Below, piece by piece: positions 35,703 through 51,156 of a DNA stretch of 64,000 bases (the stretch's first letter is position 1; the number at the start of each line of letters is the position of its first letter). A program made the translations under genes and the position numbers. The notes below the pieces were generated by a model. The model made no database searches, had not been told where the DNA came from, and saw only the letters and a program-made list of their open reading frames with translations. Origin of the DNA: Octopus vulgaris. Lineage: Eukaryota. The stretch is from positions 31,682,001 through 31,746,000 of the forward strand of contig OX597820.1 of assembly GCA_951406725.2 (NCBI GenBank). The letters run 5' to 3'.

Positions 35703-36334
35703 GCTTCAAAACACGAAATTAAATAAAGAATCTTGCAAATCAAATTTGTTATTATAATAACATGTATTTTTTAATAATATGAAAGAATGAAAGGGCTAGT
35801 TCATGATTTTTAAAAATTATTGTCACTGGTATTTAAAAAAACCCAACTAATAGTCGTATATAGATTGAAATACTTAATAGTATACAAATATATTTTATGA
35901 CCGTTATATCAATTTTTCACATTCTCTTTTGTATTTTTATCGTTGTTTTTGTTTTTAATTATTGATGCTCATGCTTGACAACATAAATATATTTAAATTC
36001 AGTTTTTCTTGGATTTGTGAATCCTCATGTATCAAAATTTACACTGAAGAGATTCTTTTTATGATTTTGTTATGGTTAAAAATCGAAACAATTATATACA
36101 ATTTGTTTTTAATAATTATTATTTATTACATTATTCTCATTATTATGAGAATATAATATAATACAATATTATGTTAATAAATTAAAAATTTTGAATTGAC
36201 AGTTGTATATCTCCGTTTTCTATTCATTTATATAAATTTAATATATGAACCCATGTGATTTGTAAGGTTTTTCTCTACAAATTGGGTATTTAACAGTGGC
36301 GCCAGTGAAAGATTGAATGTTTCCATCCTTATTT

Positions 36335-36410
<76 letters not shown>

Positions 36411-36414
<4 letters not shown>

Positions 36415-38055
36415 TCAGCCGCGAACAATTAGACTCCTTCCTTTCTTTTTTCCAATCCTTCCATCCTGCCCTCAAATTCTCCTGCACTATCTCTAACTCT
36501 TCCGTCGAATTTGTCGACATTTCTGTCAGCATACAGCACTCCGCTCCATCCACTACCTCCATCCGCTACAAACTCACTGACTAACACTCCTACCTTAACT
36601 TCTCCTTCTCCCACCCTACCCACTTCAAGCTCTCCATCCCCGACTCCCAGTTTCTCCTCCGTCTGTGCAGGCTTTTGCAGTGACAACCATGACTTTGAGA
36701 TTCATGGCTCGCCACTACATCTTCTTAGATATCTCTTCAAGCCCGTCTACACTGCCCTTGTCAGGGCATGATCTGTGGACCGCGCCTCTGCTCTTTCACC
36801 ACTCGCCCTCCCCGTCATTGCCTGTCTCCCGTTTTCCCTCATCTACTACTTCTCACCCTGCCTCTCCAACACACCAATCTCCTAGTCTTCGGCGACTCCA
36901 GTTCGAGCCCTCCACTTCGCACGTCTTCCCCAACCTTCTTCTTCCCTCCTTGAAACGAGTCCATAACCTGTGTGACCTCCTGGTTCACAGTTTCTTCCCT
37001 CCCCTACCTCTTAGCCTGGCTCCTCACGCTGCTCCCGCCCACGCTATGGCACCTGCCCCTACCTCTCCAACATGTCACCGACTCATTTATCTGCACCTCT
37101 AGTAATGTTATTTACTGCTTTTCCTGCTCTCTCTGTCCTTCCCTGTACATTGGCTGACTGGTTCGCGGAGCACCTCCAAGACATCAGACACAGCAATGGC
37201 ACTCCGGTCTCGCCCCACTTCCACTCTACCGGTCATTTCCTACAACATCTGTCTGTGTTCGGACTGTCTCTGCACAGGGACCACCCGATCTCCTGCCTTC
37301 GTTGTGAACAGAAATTAATCTTCTCTCTAGTTCCTTTGCGCCATTTGGGCTCAACTCACTACCTCTCTTTATCTGACACCTACCTCATCTCCTCTTCTCA
37401 TTTGACACCAACCCACAACACTCCACATACACTAGCACTAACCACTTCTCAGCGCCCACATCACACACCATCATCCACACACCCCCACACAATTTTCAAT
37501 AGCGTCACCACTCATTCCACTATATCTGCAGTAGCACACACTATTTAACTCAGTACACACACACATACGTATACCATACACATGAACTCTGCTTGGTCAC
37601 AGACGTGGACGCACACACACATGTGCACACACCCCTGAAAAAGCACACATCAACTGCTAAACACAACACACACACGCACGCACAGTCTCACACGTCAATC
37701 CCTCGCCCCTATTCACGCATACATACTTATACACTCACACATACCGTTCTCTCACACACACACCTTCTCTCATTGGGATCACTAGCACTATTATTATCTC
37801 CGTTTCATTCAACCACTTTTTTAATTATTTTCTCCTTTTCTTTCAAACTCTTTTCCCCCAATTATTCGCCATGCTGGATCGCTGAATTCTACACGTTTTT
37901 TTGTCATTCTCTCACAGTTCATTTCCTCTTATTCCATTCTGTTGAAGAGCGTAGGCTCGAAACGTAAAAGACTTTTTCATTTTTCCGAGCGTCAAACTTG
38001 CTTGTTGTTCATACACCTGTCTTCCCTTTTTTATTTTTCTATAAATTTTCACTAT
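36411..38055 (+). pseudogene. Decayed 5'-truncated copy of the Neptune PLE family including 3' pLTR/HHR
   Basis: [49 protein letters not shown]...LQHLSVFGL; HHR variant at 37934-37971; TA tracts at both ends. Confidence 0.9.
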
Positions 38056-38141
38056 ATATATCTATCTATCTCTCTATTTATGTGTACGTTTATAAGAACC
38101 TGCATGTTGGTTTCCGTGTGTACTTGTATGTGTATAAATAT

Positions 38142-38188
<47 letters not shown>

Positions 38189-38211
38189 CATGCATACATA
38201 ATATATACATA

Positions 38212-38244
<33 letters not shown>

Positions 38245-38289
38245 CACACACACACACACACACACACATATATTCTTTTATTCTATTTT

Positions 38290-39285
38290 TCTTCTACTGG
38301 TTTCAGCCAAAGGCTGGGGCCATGCTGAAACACCACCTTTAAGTGTTTTGGGGTCACCTTTCGGTACTGCTTTCGGCGAAGAAGCGAGGTGGACGAAGCC
38401 GCTCTTCTTTGTGCCTCCTACCATGATGGGGTCTCATCTGGGATTTCAGACAGAAATTTATCCAGGAGCTTTTTAAACGTTTCCACATCTAAACGTTGAC
38501 GATCTCTCAGGTTCCTTGGTAGGATGTTAAACAATTGGTGTACCCTGAAATCCAAGCTGTTGCAATACAGAGTTCTTATCTAAGATAAAGAATACGGTAT
38601 CTGTGGTGATATGCAGTGCCGTCCAGTTCGTTATCTGGTATAACTTTTAATTCCAAAGTTGGGAGCTAACCCTTCGAGGACCTTCCATATGTATATCATT
38701 GCATACATTTCTCAACTTCTGTCCAGGGAGTAGATCTTCAGTCCTTGTAGCCTCTCCCAGTAGCTCATCTGTTTTACTGAGTCAACCCTCTGGATTGCCT
38801 CAAGTTCTGTTAGCAATTTGACGCTCTGTGGCGGCCATAGTTGGGAGCAGTAATCCAGACGGGAACAAATGTCTTCCATAAGAGTAACAAGTCATTCTTA
38901 TTTCTGGATCCGAATGATCTAAGGATCTATCCAGCTACTCGCAATATGCACATGGAATGTTGCATCACTACTCATGTGGATTCCCAGGTCACACACCGAT
39001 TCTAACTCTGAGATTGCACTGTCCCTTAGTCCTATGCATTCCGATGGTAATCTGTTTGTGCATGACTGTACGACCGAGGGCAGGTCAAGGAGAGCCATTA
39101 CACACATTAGTGGTCCCAGTAAAGCTTCCTGACGAAATCCGCTCGGGATTGATGTCTCCCCAGAGAGACCCCCCGGGCTGCAACTGTCTAACCTATGTCC
39201 TTTAAAAATCATGCAGCCACTCTTCCAGTTTTCCAGTGTTACTAAGGTTGCGTGTTTGTGACATATCATCCCATTATGGACTTTA
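38290..39285 (-). pseudogene. Decayed CR1/L2-group LINE 3' part
   Basis: RLDYCSQLWPP, YWERLQGLKIYSL, YIWKVLEGLAPNFGI, QLFNILPRNLRD, FKKLLDKFLSEIPDE; tail GGTGGTGTTTCAGCATGGCC. Confidence 0.85.
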
Positions 39286-39332
39286 TATATGATTGATCGT
39301 TAGCCACTACACACATTTTTTTCTCTCCTTGT

Positions 39333-39433
<101 letters not shown>

Positions 39434-39712
39434 TATATATGCATCTGTGTTTAGGCTAGGTGTGACTATACATGTGTGTATACATAAATCATACATACAA
39501 TGTATATTTAATCGGTACAATATAAAATTTATACGTACACACCCCTATAACATTTATCAACAGAGACGAACGATTAACCAATATGCACCCATATATCAAT
39601 GTATGCATGCATATATACATACATGCGTACAAACACACACAGTTGTATATGTGAGTGTGCAAAAATACGTGCAAATATGTACGAATAAATTTATTTGTTT
39701 ATCTATCTACAT

Positions 39713-39921
39713 GTACATACATACATACATACATACATACATACATACATACATACATACATACATACGTACGTACATACATACATACATACATACATAC
39801 ATACATACATACATACATACATGCATACATGCATGCATACATACATACATACATACATACATACGTACATACATACATGCATTCATACACACATACATAC
39901 ATACATACATACATACATACA

Positions 39922-39953
<32 letters not shown>

Positions 39954-40005
39954 CACATACATACATACATACATACATACATACATACATACATACATAC
40001 ATACA

Positions 40006-40039
<34 letters not shown>

Positions 40040-40250
40040 CATGTATATATAAATATTTGCGAGTGTTTATTATATTTATATATATATGCAAAAAGGAGAA
40101 AAAACGTTGGTACACTCCCTCATCAACTAATCAACCGTTACCAACCACTAACCATTTCCCATACATACATACATACATACATACATACATACATACATAC
40201 ATACATACATACATACATACGTACATACATACATACATACATAAATACAT
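39713..40250. repeat. Long (CATA)n arrays
   Basis: Directly visible. Confidence 0.9.
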
Positions 40251-41197
40251 ACATCTATTTGCACGCGCATACGGCTATGTAATTATACAAAACGTATAAT
40301 ACTACAAAGGAATATATAGACAACTCCTCCAACAATAACGAAGAATCAAGCAACTACAAGAACAATAACAACAACAAACTCGGTAACAACAGCAACAACA
40401 ACAAAAGTTTGATTGATTTTTTTTACTTATTTCTGACAAAGGAACAAAGAAACCCGAAATAAGAAATTAAAAAACACAACAAAATTGATAACCAAAAAAG
40501 TCTAAAAGATGAACCCCCAATTGAAACACCTTCTGCCACTCTCTCTCTCTTTCTCTCTCTCGTTTCCCTCCCCCTCGCGTCTGCTTCCTTCCCATAAACA
40601 CTGAAAGACATATATGAACGTTTGATTGAGTCTTTGTGCCGACAAAAGACAATTCTTCGAAATACTGCGTTTGTTTATAACGCTTCAGTTAAAAAAAAAA
40701 ATTTAACGGAAGAGCGAAATTCATTGAAAATTTTTACGTTCAGCGCCATTTTGTTTATATGTATTTATTTTTTCTCTATTATCATTTTTTTCCCTTAAAA
40801 GAAACAGAAGTTGTGAAGAGAGCGAAATAAATGGGGAAATGCACAATCACAAACACAAACTCATACAAGTATATAAATACAAACGAATTCACACACACAT
40901 AGTTATATACATACACACGCACAAACATATACACATAATATCCTCAAAGCAACGAACTAACAACACCAGTAAACGCAAAGATTTCAATACATTTTGCTTA
41001 GGTCAGGTGCATAAGATTGCCATCTGCATTTGCATTTTACTATGCATTAACCCTGCTGCTGCTGCTGCTGTTGCTGCAGCAATGTGCAGTCAATGAATAA
41101 TTAAAGATTAAACAAATCACTCACCAAGTGTTTTTTCCTAAAATTTATTATTTTTTGGGTGTTATACATACATAGATATACACACACACATTAATGC

Positions 41198-41228
<31 letters not shown>

Positions 41229-41293
41229 CGTACATGCATATACATATAAAACATATATGCATATATATGTATATTAATATGACTATATGCATA

Positions 41294-41390
<97 letters not shown>

Positions 41391-41791
41391 GTCTGTCTAT
41401 CTATAAATATATATACATATACATACATGTATATATACATATGCATATACATACAGACACTCACACATGCAGACGCGCGCGCACATACACAATCACAGTC
41501 ACAGTCACACACACAAACACCTACACGCACACACATACACGCACACATACACAAGTATAATTTAGCGTTTTTACGTACGCTTACATTTGTGTTCGAGTGT
41601 GCTTGTTTGTTTTTCTGTATGAGTGATTGCATGTGCATGTGTGTTCGTGCATGCATGTGTGTGTGCGTGTATGTGTATGTGTATGGTGTATGTATGTGCA
41701 AATGTATGCACGTCTGTATGTGTAGATATGTGTATGCGTCTGTGTGTGTATATGTGCATTTGTGTGTGTGTGGGTCTGTGTGTGTGTGTGC

Positions 41792-41832
<41 letters not shown>

Positions 41833-42666
41833 CGTGTTTCATTTAATTCGTTTTAAATAAGAAATATAAAAAACGACTGCAGGTTTTAAAGCTTTCTATA
41901 AAACAAATTAATTTCATTTATTCCAAACATTTTAAAATCAGCTCTTTTAATTATTTATTTTAATTATTTCTTGTAAGTAATTATTTTATTTTTCTGTCCT
42001 TATTTATTAAAATTATCCTTTTATTTATTCTTCACAAGACGCATGTACAACACATAGGTTTTCGTTTTATTTTATTTTATGTTTTTTTTTTTGCATCACC
42101 TTTTTCCGTATATTTCTTTCTTCCTCTTGTCCTCTCTATCTGCATGCCAGCCTGCGAGCATGCGCGTCTGTCTGTCTGTCTGTCTGTTTGTTTTCTATCT
42201 GTCTGTTTGTCAGTGTCTGTCCCTCATTTGTCTCTACCAAACGCCAACTGTATACTTGTTTATATAGGCACATGTACACACACACAAGCACAAAAACACA
42301 GACACACACACACAGAGAAAAATTTAGTAAGGTGTCCGTATTTCATTAAGTGTGTGTGTAAATCTCTCTTTCTTTCTCTCTCTCTTTATCTATGCATGTG
42401 TGTGCGTGTGAATGTATATATATAAGTTCGGTGTGTGGTAAAGTAAATTTTTTTACTGAACCCTAATTATATAACGTAATGTTTTAAATATATCGTAAAT
42501 GGTCTTTTTACATACTGAACACTACATGGTAAAATTAATTAATAATTAATTAATTTTGTAAAATTAATTAATAATTAATTAATTTTACCCTATTTTACAA
42601 TATATATAAATAATATATATATAAATAATATATATAAATAATATATATATAAATAATATATATATT

Positions 42667-42730
<64 letters not shown>

Positions 42731-42789
42731 TATATATAGACACATATATGTACATATATACGTATATATGTATATAGTTATGCATATAT

Positions 42790-43625
42790 CGGTACAAGAC
42801 GTCACAAAAATGTTAACTAACATGAAATACGAAAATAACGTTGGGTACTCAAAAAACGAGAGAAACGAATGGAAAACAAAATAAGTAACATAAAAAAATT
42901 ATCCTTCATCAGTTGTTGGCTGGCCTTCCACTTCTTATTTGGAGCATTCAAACAACAAGATAAGACATTGAAGACAGTTGCCCCCGGCGAACCGAAATAA
43001 AAAAAATGTGGATTTGCGGAAGGTCAAAGCTGGTAATAAAAACAGGACATACAACAAACGATACTAAACGAATACAAACAAGGAGGACCGTTAGGCACAG
43101 ACGAGATAAAAATGGCGAACTCTTGAAGAAGATTCTTTGATAAGAGAAAAGAGGAGAGACAGGTACAATGCGTCCGAAATGCGCAAGAGATTGAGGGAAA
43201 AAGAAGGATCACGTGAGGAAGGAAGGATGGGCGATGGTCACGTGTGAGCAACGAGAGCGAGTAAAGGAGGAAGAGGGAGAGAGAGGGACAGACAGATAAA
43301 AAACGGTGAAAGTGAGAAAAAAGAAGCGAAAGGGAGAGAGACAGAGAGAGAGGGAGAGAGGAACCAGTAAAGGAGAGAGTCGCATCGATAATATTAAGAA
43401 AAAAACTTACTTGGAAATGGATGCGTGGCGTTCAATCAAATAATGATATAAATAATATATATATGCATATATAGACACACATGTGAACATACATACGTAT
43501 ATATGTATATAGCTATGAATATATCTGTATAAAATACGAAAATAACGTTGGGTACGCAAAAAACGAGAGAAAACAAAATAAGTAACATAGAAAAACGACC
43601 CTTCATCAGTTGTTGGGTGTCCTTC
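42790..43625 (-). mobile_element. Repeat family P, full unit plus partial tandem repeat
   Basis: Homologous to 29030-30185, including CTTCATCAGTTG and TGGAAATGGATGCGTGGCGTTCA. Confidence 0.75.
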
Positions 43626-44349
43626 TGTATACATATTTGTATGTATATATATATATACGGCAAGAAAAAAGTGTGCAGTCCTTTCATTGATGGTCTCTTT
43701 TTCACACACAGTACAACTATCGCGAGTAGCATTGGAAAATTTGGAATCTTGACTGAAAGTGAATAGAAGCTGGTGTCGAAAAATGGCCATTTTTTTCCCG
43801 ACTTGTCACCCCGTCGTCATATATCTGATAATAAAAAAAAGTGACATTAATTCCAATTTAAAAATTAATAAATACGGAAGAGAAAGGAAGAACAGAGATA
43901 TAGAAGAAAAAAAAACAAGCAATAAAATCTTGCTCTAAAAATATTTTTTGCGTTTCTTTTTCAAATAACATTAGAAAGAAGCGACAACCACACACACAAC
44001 CTCACACAGAACGCACGCACACACATGCATAAGTGCATGTGCTTGTTTTAATTGTTTAGTTCTTGGTTTTAACCAAGACAGTCGAGTCCATGCTACAGCA
44101 TCGTCTTCACTGTTGATTACTTCTATGTATTATAAATGTGTCATGTGAGAGTCTGTGTGTTTGAGTGTGTGCGTGCGTGCGGGTGTATGTGTGGTGGTCG
44201 TGTTGGACATTAGCTACGGTCACAATACTTTTGGAAGACAATTGTGAAACAAAGGACACTTAAATTTTTAAAAAAACAAACAAAGCTTTTCTAACCAATA
44301 AAAAAATGTATTAAATACGAATATTCAACTCGTTGTCTTTCTTACTATT

Positions 44350-44422
44350 CTAGTCAAGATTCGAACCCCTAAACTCGCCATGGCGAGTGATTCTCTTCCT
44401 TACCGCCAAGGCTACACGTGTT
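44350..44422 (-). mobile_element. Degenerate tRNA-like/SINE head
   Basis: Minus strand TAGCCTTGGCGG (A-box-like) and GGTTCGAATC (B box); no full cloverleaf. Confidence 0.45.
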
Positions 44423-44560
44423 CCTATGGAATAGTTTCTTTGACGCCGTTGTTCACGAAATGGAGTTTTAGGATCAGACAAAATACTCCACTTTCATTAC
44501 CTTTTTCTCCCTTGTATGCCAGAACTTCGCAGACTTTCAAAATTCTTTAGAGCTGTGTGA

Positions 44561-44716
44561 AGGTGCAGGCGTAGCTGTGTGGTTAAGAATCTTGCTTTGC
44601 AACTACGTGATTTCGGGTTCATTCCCACTGCACAGTACCTTGCCATACTCCTGGGCCGACCAGTACATTCTTTGTGAAATTGAAATTGGTGAATGGAAAC
44701 TGTGAGGAAGACCGTT
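44561..44716 (+). mobile_element. SINE family A-related 5' part
   Basis: AGGTGCAGGCGTAGCTGTGTGGTTAAG...GGGTTCATTCCCACTGC. Confidence 0.7.
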
Positions 44717-45128
44717 TTATATATATATAAAATGGGCCCCTATCCAGGGTTACGGAAAGGAGACAACATTCAAAGAAATCCGGAGTGGAGCCCCGTAGGC
44801 GGTTTAGTGTTCGACTCGATACTCTTCCGGCAGCTCCTGCAACCAAGCTGGTGCCAAACGTAATGCTTTGCGCTCCTTTGGACTACGCCAGCAAGGTCGA
44901 GAGAGGAATCCTGACGATTGGGCTACCCAGGATTTTCTTACATCTAGCCCGGGCTAGATGCGCAACTCCATTGTCTCCCGAAACAAAAGGATGCCAACAA
45001 CAATTATCACACTAAAAAAAGGTACTGTGCTCAATTTGTTCAATTAAACTTTTAAGTTGGTGCCCTACCATAGCTGTAGTCCAATGAATGAAATAAGTAA
45101 AGGGTAAAAGATATCATTATTATTGTTG

Positions 45129-45220
<92 letters not shown>

Positions 45221-45244
45221 GTTGTTGTTGTTGTTGTTGTTGTT

Positions 45245-45931
45245 TCCTTCAAACGGGAAGGAAGAGCTATTTTCATCATCCTTGTGGCCATGGCGAAAGA
45301 ATGTATCTGGTGGACGCGTCTGAAAGGATTGGAGACAAACATTTTCCTCTCTGGTCAATCTCTCATCAACTTCTTCAAGTACCACTTGAAAAGGAAAGTG
45401 AGAGTAGAGAGGCAAGTTTTGTCTAGCGAATGTTTTAAAAAAAGATGGCTGAATGTAGCAAGGATGGCACGTATGAGTGACGAAGCCACCTTGAGCATAA
45501 TCCTATGAACCCAGAAATTGAAAACAGAGGGTTACCCACTTGCAAACAAATGTGGTAACATATAACAATATTGACCAAGGTTACCGTGGTCTTTTTCGTA
45601 GGCTTTTCTTCCCACGGATAAACCTTACTTGCTTTCCCCTTTACACCATATATCATAACACTGTTATACACGATCCCTACTGATCGTTCTTTTTTTCCTC
45701 TTCCCCTTTTTTGTCCCCTTTTTTCTTCTTTTTTCATTTCTCTTTCCTTTTGTTCCTTTTCCTTTTCCTTTTTTTTTGTTCTTTTCTTCCCTTTTACGAT
45801 CCCTCTTGATCGAAAACCTACGCCACCCCTTTTTTTTCTTTTGTTTTTTGTTCTCTTCATCCCCCAAAAGAAAAGCTCTACCTTGTAACTTGTCCCATCT
45901 GTGTGCAGCCCTGTGTGGTCAATAAAGAAAC
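45245..45931 (+). mobile_element. 3' end of an L1/Tx1-like LINE followed by (CTAT)n
   Basis: AKECIWWTRLK...LKRKVRVE...FKKRW C-terminus, pyrimidine-rich 3' UTR, AATAAAGAAAC, then (CTAT)n. Confidence 0.6.
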
Positions 45932-46028
<97 letters not shown>

Positions 46029-46181
46029 ACCACCAGCACTAGGTCCGGTCGGTTATGCTCTAGCACCTGATCTGCTTGGATTGGGAAATCCCAGAGGATT
46101 TTGTTAGTCTTTGACTTTGCCACTCTCTACGATTTGTGCTCATACCCCTATTATTATTATCATTATTATTATTATTATTAC

Positions 46182-46301
<120 letters not shown>

Positions 46302-46435
46302 CATTATTATTATTACTTTTATTACTATTACGGCAGTGCATGCTAATTTACTTAGTAAGCATTTATCTTGAGGTTTTGGTGACAAGTTTCCTTACAGCTC
46401 AAGAATTTTTTTGCCTCAAAATACTAAAGATCGAT

Positions 46436-46468
<33 letters not shown>

Positions 46469-46962
46469 CACACACACACACATACACACACACACAATGT
46501 ATTGCAAAGGATTTATAAATGAAAGTAGATAAAGAGAGCCAACAGTCCTACCACCCCTCCCACCCCTCCCACCCATTCAACACTCTTTCTTATACACCAT
46601 TATCTGTAACATCACAACTGTTGGCATAACAAGGACATCCCCCCACACAATGTGTGTACATAATATATATTTGTGTGCGTGTGCGTTTGTGTGTGTATAT
46701 GCGTGTGTGTCTCTGTATGTGTGTATGTGTGTGTGTACACACACACACACATACACATAAGAAATGTACGATTATCCCTCCCGCCACACAAGAATATCAA
46801 CAAAAACATTAAATAATATAAATATAAAATAAGAAAAGCAAAGCCAGGGTCTTCTGGAATGTTGTGTATTTAAAGAAAAAAACTATTTGTTATTTGTGTG
46901 TTCTTTGTTCATATTTCTTTTTTTTCTTCGGTGATTTCCTAACCCCCTCCTCTTCCTCACCC

Positions 46963-47259
46963 TTCTTCTTCTTCTTCTTCTTCTTCTTCTTCTTCTTCTT
47001 CTTCTTCTTCTTCTTCTTCTTCTTCTTCTTCTTCTTCTTCTTCTTCTTCTTCTCCTTCTTCTCCTTCTTCTCCTTCTTCTTCTTCTTCTTCTTCTTCTTC
47101 TTCTTCTTCTTCTTCTTCTTCTTCTTCTTCTTCTTCTTCTTCTTCTTCTTCTTCTTCTTCTTCTTCTTCTTCTTCTTCTTCTTCTTCTTCTTCTTCTTCT
47201 TCTTCTTCTTCTTCTTCTTCTTCTTCTTCTTCTTCTTCTTCTTCTTCTTCTTCTTCTTC
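46963..47259. repeat. Nearly pure (TTC)n tract of about 300 bp
   Basis: Directly visible, with a few TCC interruptions. Confidence 0.95.
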
Positions 47260-47800
47260 GTACATTTGCACTGTTTTCTTTATGTCTCGCTTTCAATGTC
47301 GTTTTTTTTTTATTATTATCTTTTTAGGTTGTAGAAAGGGGAAAGGCGACGGATTGAATTGAGTTGGAGGGGCAGACTCGGGCTGTAAGAAGGCAACATG
47401 ATCCGTGAATAGGAAAACAAAAATAAATAATAAAAAAGAAAAACAGAAAAAAGCCCCCCCCCCAAAAAAAAATAGGCAAAGGTGGGGCATCACTCAAACA
47501 CATTTTGCTGATATGGATCAGCGATGATGTGCTGAAAGTCGTGGAGCGTCTAACACTTTCGCGTCAACGCTATTGCATCGCCCGTTGACTCGCGATTAAC
47601 TAATCATTGTGTGTTTGATACGAAACATCATTAACCTCAATCAATGGTTCAAGGGTTCGCCCATCGATATAAACTTTCTTATTTTGCTATGTTGCATCAA
47701 TCATCAGTTACATTTTTTCCCTTTTGTTATCATCGTCGTCGTCGTTGTGGTTCATGCTGTGCTTTTCGAATATTATTACTCTTTTAACTACTGGCATTGT

Positions 47801-47849
<49 letters not shown>

Positions 47850-48092
47850 GTATATATATGTCAGTGTGTATATGTATTAATGTATTATTGTATGTGTGTT
47901 TGTGTTTGTATGTGTGTGTATGTCTATAATGCTTTTTTGTTTGTTTCGTTACGGTCAGTTAAGTATTGTTTTGTAGTGTGTATCTATATATTATTATTAT
48001 TATTAGTTTTTGTTTATTTTTTTTTTCATATTTATGCCTCGAAGGTGAATAGTCAGAAATAGATGGACGAAAGGGCCCAATGTTTAAAGAAT

Positions 48093-48148
<56 letters not shown>

Positions 48149-48266
48149 ACACACACACACACATATATATATACATATATATTGTATGTGTATGTGTGTG
48201 TGTGTATATATACAGATATACATACGCACACACACACACACATATATATATATGTATATGTATATC

Positions 48267-48298
<32 letters not shown>

Positions 48299-49327
48299 TG
48301 TATGTGTGTGTGTGTATGTATGTATGTATGTATGTATGCATGCATGCATGTATGTATGTATGTATGTATGTATGTATGTATGTATGTATGTATGTATGTA
48401 TGTATGTATGTACGTATGTATGTATGTATGCTGAAAGAAAAATACAATAAAGTAAAATACAATGTAGATGAAAAGAAAAACATAATAAAATGAAAAGAAA
48501 AAAAGTAACAGCGGAAAACGAAAGAAAAGCATTAAAGATACTGAAAAAAATTGTAAAAATATGTAATATAAATCCCTTCCCAGAAACCTGGGTGGGGTGG
48601 GTGGGGGTGAGGAAAATAAAATTATAAAAATATATGAAATAAATAAATCCCTTCTCAGAAACCTGGGTGGGGCGGGTGGGGGAGAGCAAAAGAAAAATAC
48701 GCAAAAATAAAACTGAAGGAAAAGAAAGAAAAACAGAAAAAATTAAACTAAAGAATTAAAGAAAACCAAAAAAACAAACAAACAGAAAAGAAAATCAAAC
48801 ATAAAAAGGAACAAAAAAAAGAGAAAAAAAAACTGATGATGAAGGAATCCGTTTAACAAGCGAACTAACCTCCACAACCAAACATACAACAATCAACTAC
48901 TCCAGACTGACAGACTGTTTGTCTCTTAATCACAGACTACAGCCTGCCCTGCCCTGTCTTATCCTGATCTGCTCGTCCCTAACCAAATATATTACACGCT
49001 GGAATGGACATGTGTGTACCCACATCTATTTCAGTATCGACCGCATCCTTCTTTTTTTTTTCTATCTCTACCCTACCTTCTCGAGTGGTAACACTTTTTC
49101 ATCATCGCTTTAATGGTGCTTTATTCAACCGTCGTTGCAATTCAACGTTTTGTTTGTTTGCTTGTTTGTTTATCTTTTTTAGTTTGTTTATCTTTTTGTG
49201 TGTGATCTGTTGTTGCCTAACAACTATGACGGGATCGCCAATTTCACGAATGCGTATAACTATCAAATACCATTGTATAGATGTATCTATATTCGCGCGC
49301 GCGCACGCACACACGCACACACACACA

Positions 49328-49365
<38 letters not shown>

Positions 49366-49409
49366 CACACACACACACACATACACGCACACACACAGAA
49401 GTTTATGTA

Positions 49410-49506
<97 letters not shown>

Positions 49507-49651
49507 GTCTATCTATCTATCTGTCTGTTTGTCTGTATGTCTGTCTGTCCGTCTAGCTAGTCGTATAGCTGTGTGTATGCATACATGTGTGTAAACGTGT
49601 ATATTTATATATTTACATAAACATAAATCTCTCTTTCACTCTCTCATTCTC

Positions 49652-49690
<39 letters not shown>

Positions 49691-49998
49691 TCAGTTATCT
49701 GTGTGTGTGTGCGCGCACAGTCATACGCCTGTGTTTGAGTGTGAAAACGAAGGAAAGATAACTCTGTTTATTACATAGAGTGTACGTTTGTAAGTGTCCA
49801 GTTGGTGTGTTTAAACGACCAAGGCACAGAAACAGGAGTACAATTTCTCTTCCTCTTTCACCTTCTCTCTCCTCTCTCTCTCTTTCTCTTATTTTCTCTC
49901 TCTCTCTCTCTCTCTATCGAGAGAAAGATGTGAGAGAGAAAGAGAGAGATTTTATTTTACACATATCTATGTGCATATGTATGGATAGTCTGAATGTA

Positions 49999-50102
<104 letters not shown>

Positions 50103-50330
50103 CGTATGCCCATGATCAAACGTTCAAACACGTAATTAAATATACTCATACATACAAACATATATACATACATATGTATATGCATGAACATATATGGACA
50201 TAAATTACGGGTATATACAAACACACTCACGCGCGCCCGCGCGCGCACACACACACACACAATCACGAGCACTCGCTCTCATACATAGACATAAAATGTA
50301 CGAACACATGGATGTATGCATATATATATA

Positions 50331-50402
<72 letters not shown>

Positions 50403-50417
50403 AAAGTGTACGTACGC

Positions 50418-50465
<48 letters not shown>

Positions 50466-50740
50466 CAAAATGGGACAAGATCGCAAAACATCCAGACAGG
50501 TGATAAAAAAAGGGAGAACAAAATATCGAGATAGACGATACAAAGAAAACAAGTTTTCTTCCCTCAGTCGAGTTCCAGATCATCTATCATCTTTGCTGGT
50601 TATACTCGAGATTGCTCCAATCTGGCCAGCCCCCAAAAAAACTAAGCTAAGAGCATTAGATTCCTTGGAAGTAAGCACACACACACATATATAGAGGGTG
50701 TTTTTATACACACACACACACACAGAGATACACACACACA

Positions 50741-50798
<58 letters not shown>

Positions 50799-51099
50799 GA
50801 TAAACCCGATCTCTTGTATTGAAGAACAGGCATTCGCAGGCGTGTGTAACCACCCCGCTCCCTTTCCTTTCGATAAAATTTCGGAAGATTACAAGAAAAT
50901 GAAGAAATGGGTGTGTTTTGTTGTAGAAGTGTGCCACCGTGACGTTGTGAGGGCATAGGGAATGGTAAACCATTTCTTTGGTTCATGGAGATTGAACACA
51001 GAAATTGGTCTGATTAAAGAAGACATTTTTATATAGATATATATAGATATGTATGTTTATGTATGCATGTATGTATACATGTGTATATATATATATATC

Positions 51100-51156
<57 letters not shown>

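Noticed and set aside
46028-46150. Short unique segment between (CTAT)n and (TAT)n
   Set aside because: Probably the 3' end of another microsatellite-associated retroelement, but too short to classify.
50462-50672. Hammerhead in a (TA)n-flanked short repeat (minus-strand CTGAGGG plus hairpin)
   Set aside because: Core boxes are incomplete and no consistent three-stem fold could be built; probably a PLE-type terminal repeat, but unsupported here.
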